Below, piece after piece: positions 62,701 through 64,000 of a stretch of DNA of 64,000 nucleotides. The first letter of the stretch is position 1, and the number at the start of each line of letters is the position of its first letter. The notes under the pieces were generated by a model. It was not told the origin of the DNA. It worked only from the letters and a program-made list of their open reading frames with translations, and searched no databases. Made by a program: the position numbers and the translations under genes. The stretch is from Octopus sinensis (taxonomy: Eukaryota): positions 1 to 64,000 of the forward strand of contig NW_021833264.1 in the NCBI RefSeq assembly GCF_006345805.1. The letters are read 5' to 3'.

Positions 62701-63660
62701 GTATCTGCTGTCTGACGTCTACTGTCTGGTACCTGGTGTCTGGTATTTGGTGTCTGGTGTCTAGCGTCTGGTATCTGGTGTCTGCTGTCTGGTGCCTGGT
62801 GCCTGGTGTCTGGCACCTGGTGTCTGGTATCTGCTGTCTGACGTCTACTGTCTGGTACCTGGTGTCTGGTATTTGGTGTCTGGTGCCTGGTGTCCGGTAT
62901 CTGGTGTCTGGTGTCTTTTTTCGTGTCTAATGTCTGGTGCTTGGTATCTGGTGTCTGCTTTTTTGTTCGTGTCTGGTGTCTGGTGTCTAGTACTTGGTGT
63001 CTGATACCAGGTGCCTGGTTTGCGGTAACTGGTGTATTGTGTCTGGTTACTGGTGACTGGTGCCTGGTTTCTAATGTCTTGTGCTTGGAGTCTTATGTCT
63101 AGTATCAGGTGTTTCGTACCTGTTGTCTGGTGTTCGGTGTCTGGTGTCTGGTGTCTAGTACCTGGTTCCTGGTGTCTTCTGTCTGATGTCTTCTGTTTGT
63201 TGTCTTCTGTCTGTTGTCTGGTGTCTGTTATCTGGTGTCTGGTACTTATTTTGTCTGGTGTCTGGTGTCTTATATCTGGTGTCCGGTACCTGGTGTCGGG
63301 TGTCTGGTGTCAGGTGATTGATGTCTGGTGTCTGGTACCTGCTGTCTGGTGTCTCGTGTCTCGTGTTTAGTCTCAGGTGTCTCGTGTCTCGTGTCTGGTG
63401 GCTAGTCTCCGATATCTGGTGTCTGGTGTCTTGCATCTGGTACATGTTGTTGTTGCCTGGTGTCTGGTACCTAGTGTCTGGTGTCTTACTGACTCTATAT
63501 CTGATTGTCGATGTGTCTGAGTGTCGGGTGTCCCACTGTCTGCGCTTCTGGTTTTTGCATGTCTGTCACATATTTTCCTGTCTTGCTGTTTGATATCCGT
63601 TTGTTTTTTATGTCTGTTAAGTGTCTGATTATTTAGTATCTGAGCATTTGAATGATTGAT
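59745..63660. repeat. Heptamer (TGTCTGG) satellite with higher-order structure
   Basis: Variant monomers tatctgc, tgtctga, cgtctgg, cacctgg, tacctgg, tgcctgg; landmark tatttggtgtctggtaccagg at ~60480, 61514 and 62514. Confidence 0.95.
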
Positions 63661-63668
63661 TGTCTGAT

Positions 63669-64000
63669 TGGAAGCACTCCGTCGGTTACGACGACGAGGG
63701 TTCCGGTTGATCCGAATCAACGGAACAGCCTGCTCGTGAAATTAACGTGTAAGTGGCTGAGCACTCCACAGACACGTGTACCCTTAACGTAGTTCTCGGG
63801 GATATTCAGCGTGACACAGAGAGTGACAAGGCCGGCCCTTTGAAATAGAGGTACAATAGAAACAGGAAGAAAGTTGTGGTGAAAGAGTACAGCAGGGATC
63901 ACCACCATCCCCTGCCGGAGCCTCGTGGAGCTTTTAGGTGTTTTCGCTCAATAAACACTCACAACGCCCGGTCTGGGAATCGAAACCGCGATCTTATGAC
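63669..64000 (-). mobile_element. SINE A1 (runs off window end)
   Basis: Colinear with other A1 copies. Confidence 0.9.

Noticed and set aside
60024-62930. 200-420-aa ORFs on both strands as genes
   Set aside because: Explained by a stop-poor 7-bp monomer; open in many frames at once.

Overview
Repeat-saturated eukaryotic intergenic or intronic DNA. No intact host gene, rRNA, intact tRNA or CRISPR array is supportable, and nearly all long ORFs in the track are translations of microsatellites. The tRNA-derived SINE set and extreme (TA)n/(TAA)n/(CA)n density suggest a cephalopod, probably Octopus (inference from recollection, not a database match). Contents: four tRNA-headed SINE families (labelled A, B, C, D here), often as tandem multimers; at least six (TAA)n-associated R4/Dong-type RLE retrotransposon 3' fragments plus a ~550-bp non-coding element with the same target; Penelope-like relics with two hammerhead-like ribozyme folds; RTE and CR1/L2-type LINE ends; decayed Gypsy (gag-PR-RT), piggyBac and mariner relics; pogo/Tc1/hAT MITEs; two non-autonomous Helitrons; a ~487-bp tandem array that inverts on itself; a 96-bp-arm palindrome; a 3.9-kb heptamer satellite with ~1-kb higher-order structure; and a recurrent microsatellite-scaffolded module of unknown identity. 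Frequent 1-bp indels between near-identical copies suggest long-read consensus errors, so frameshifts and some duplications may be artefacts. Coordinates were counted by eye and may be off by a few bases.
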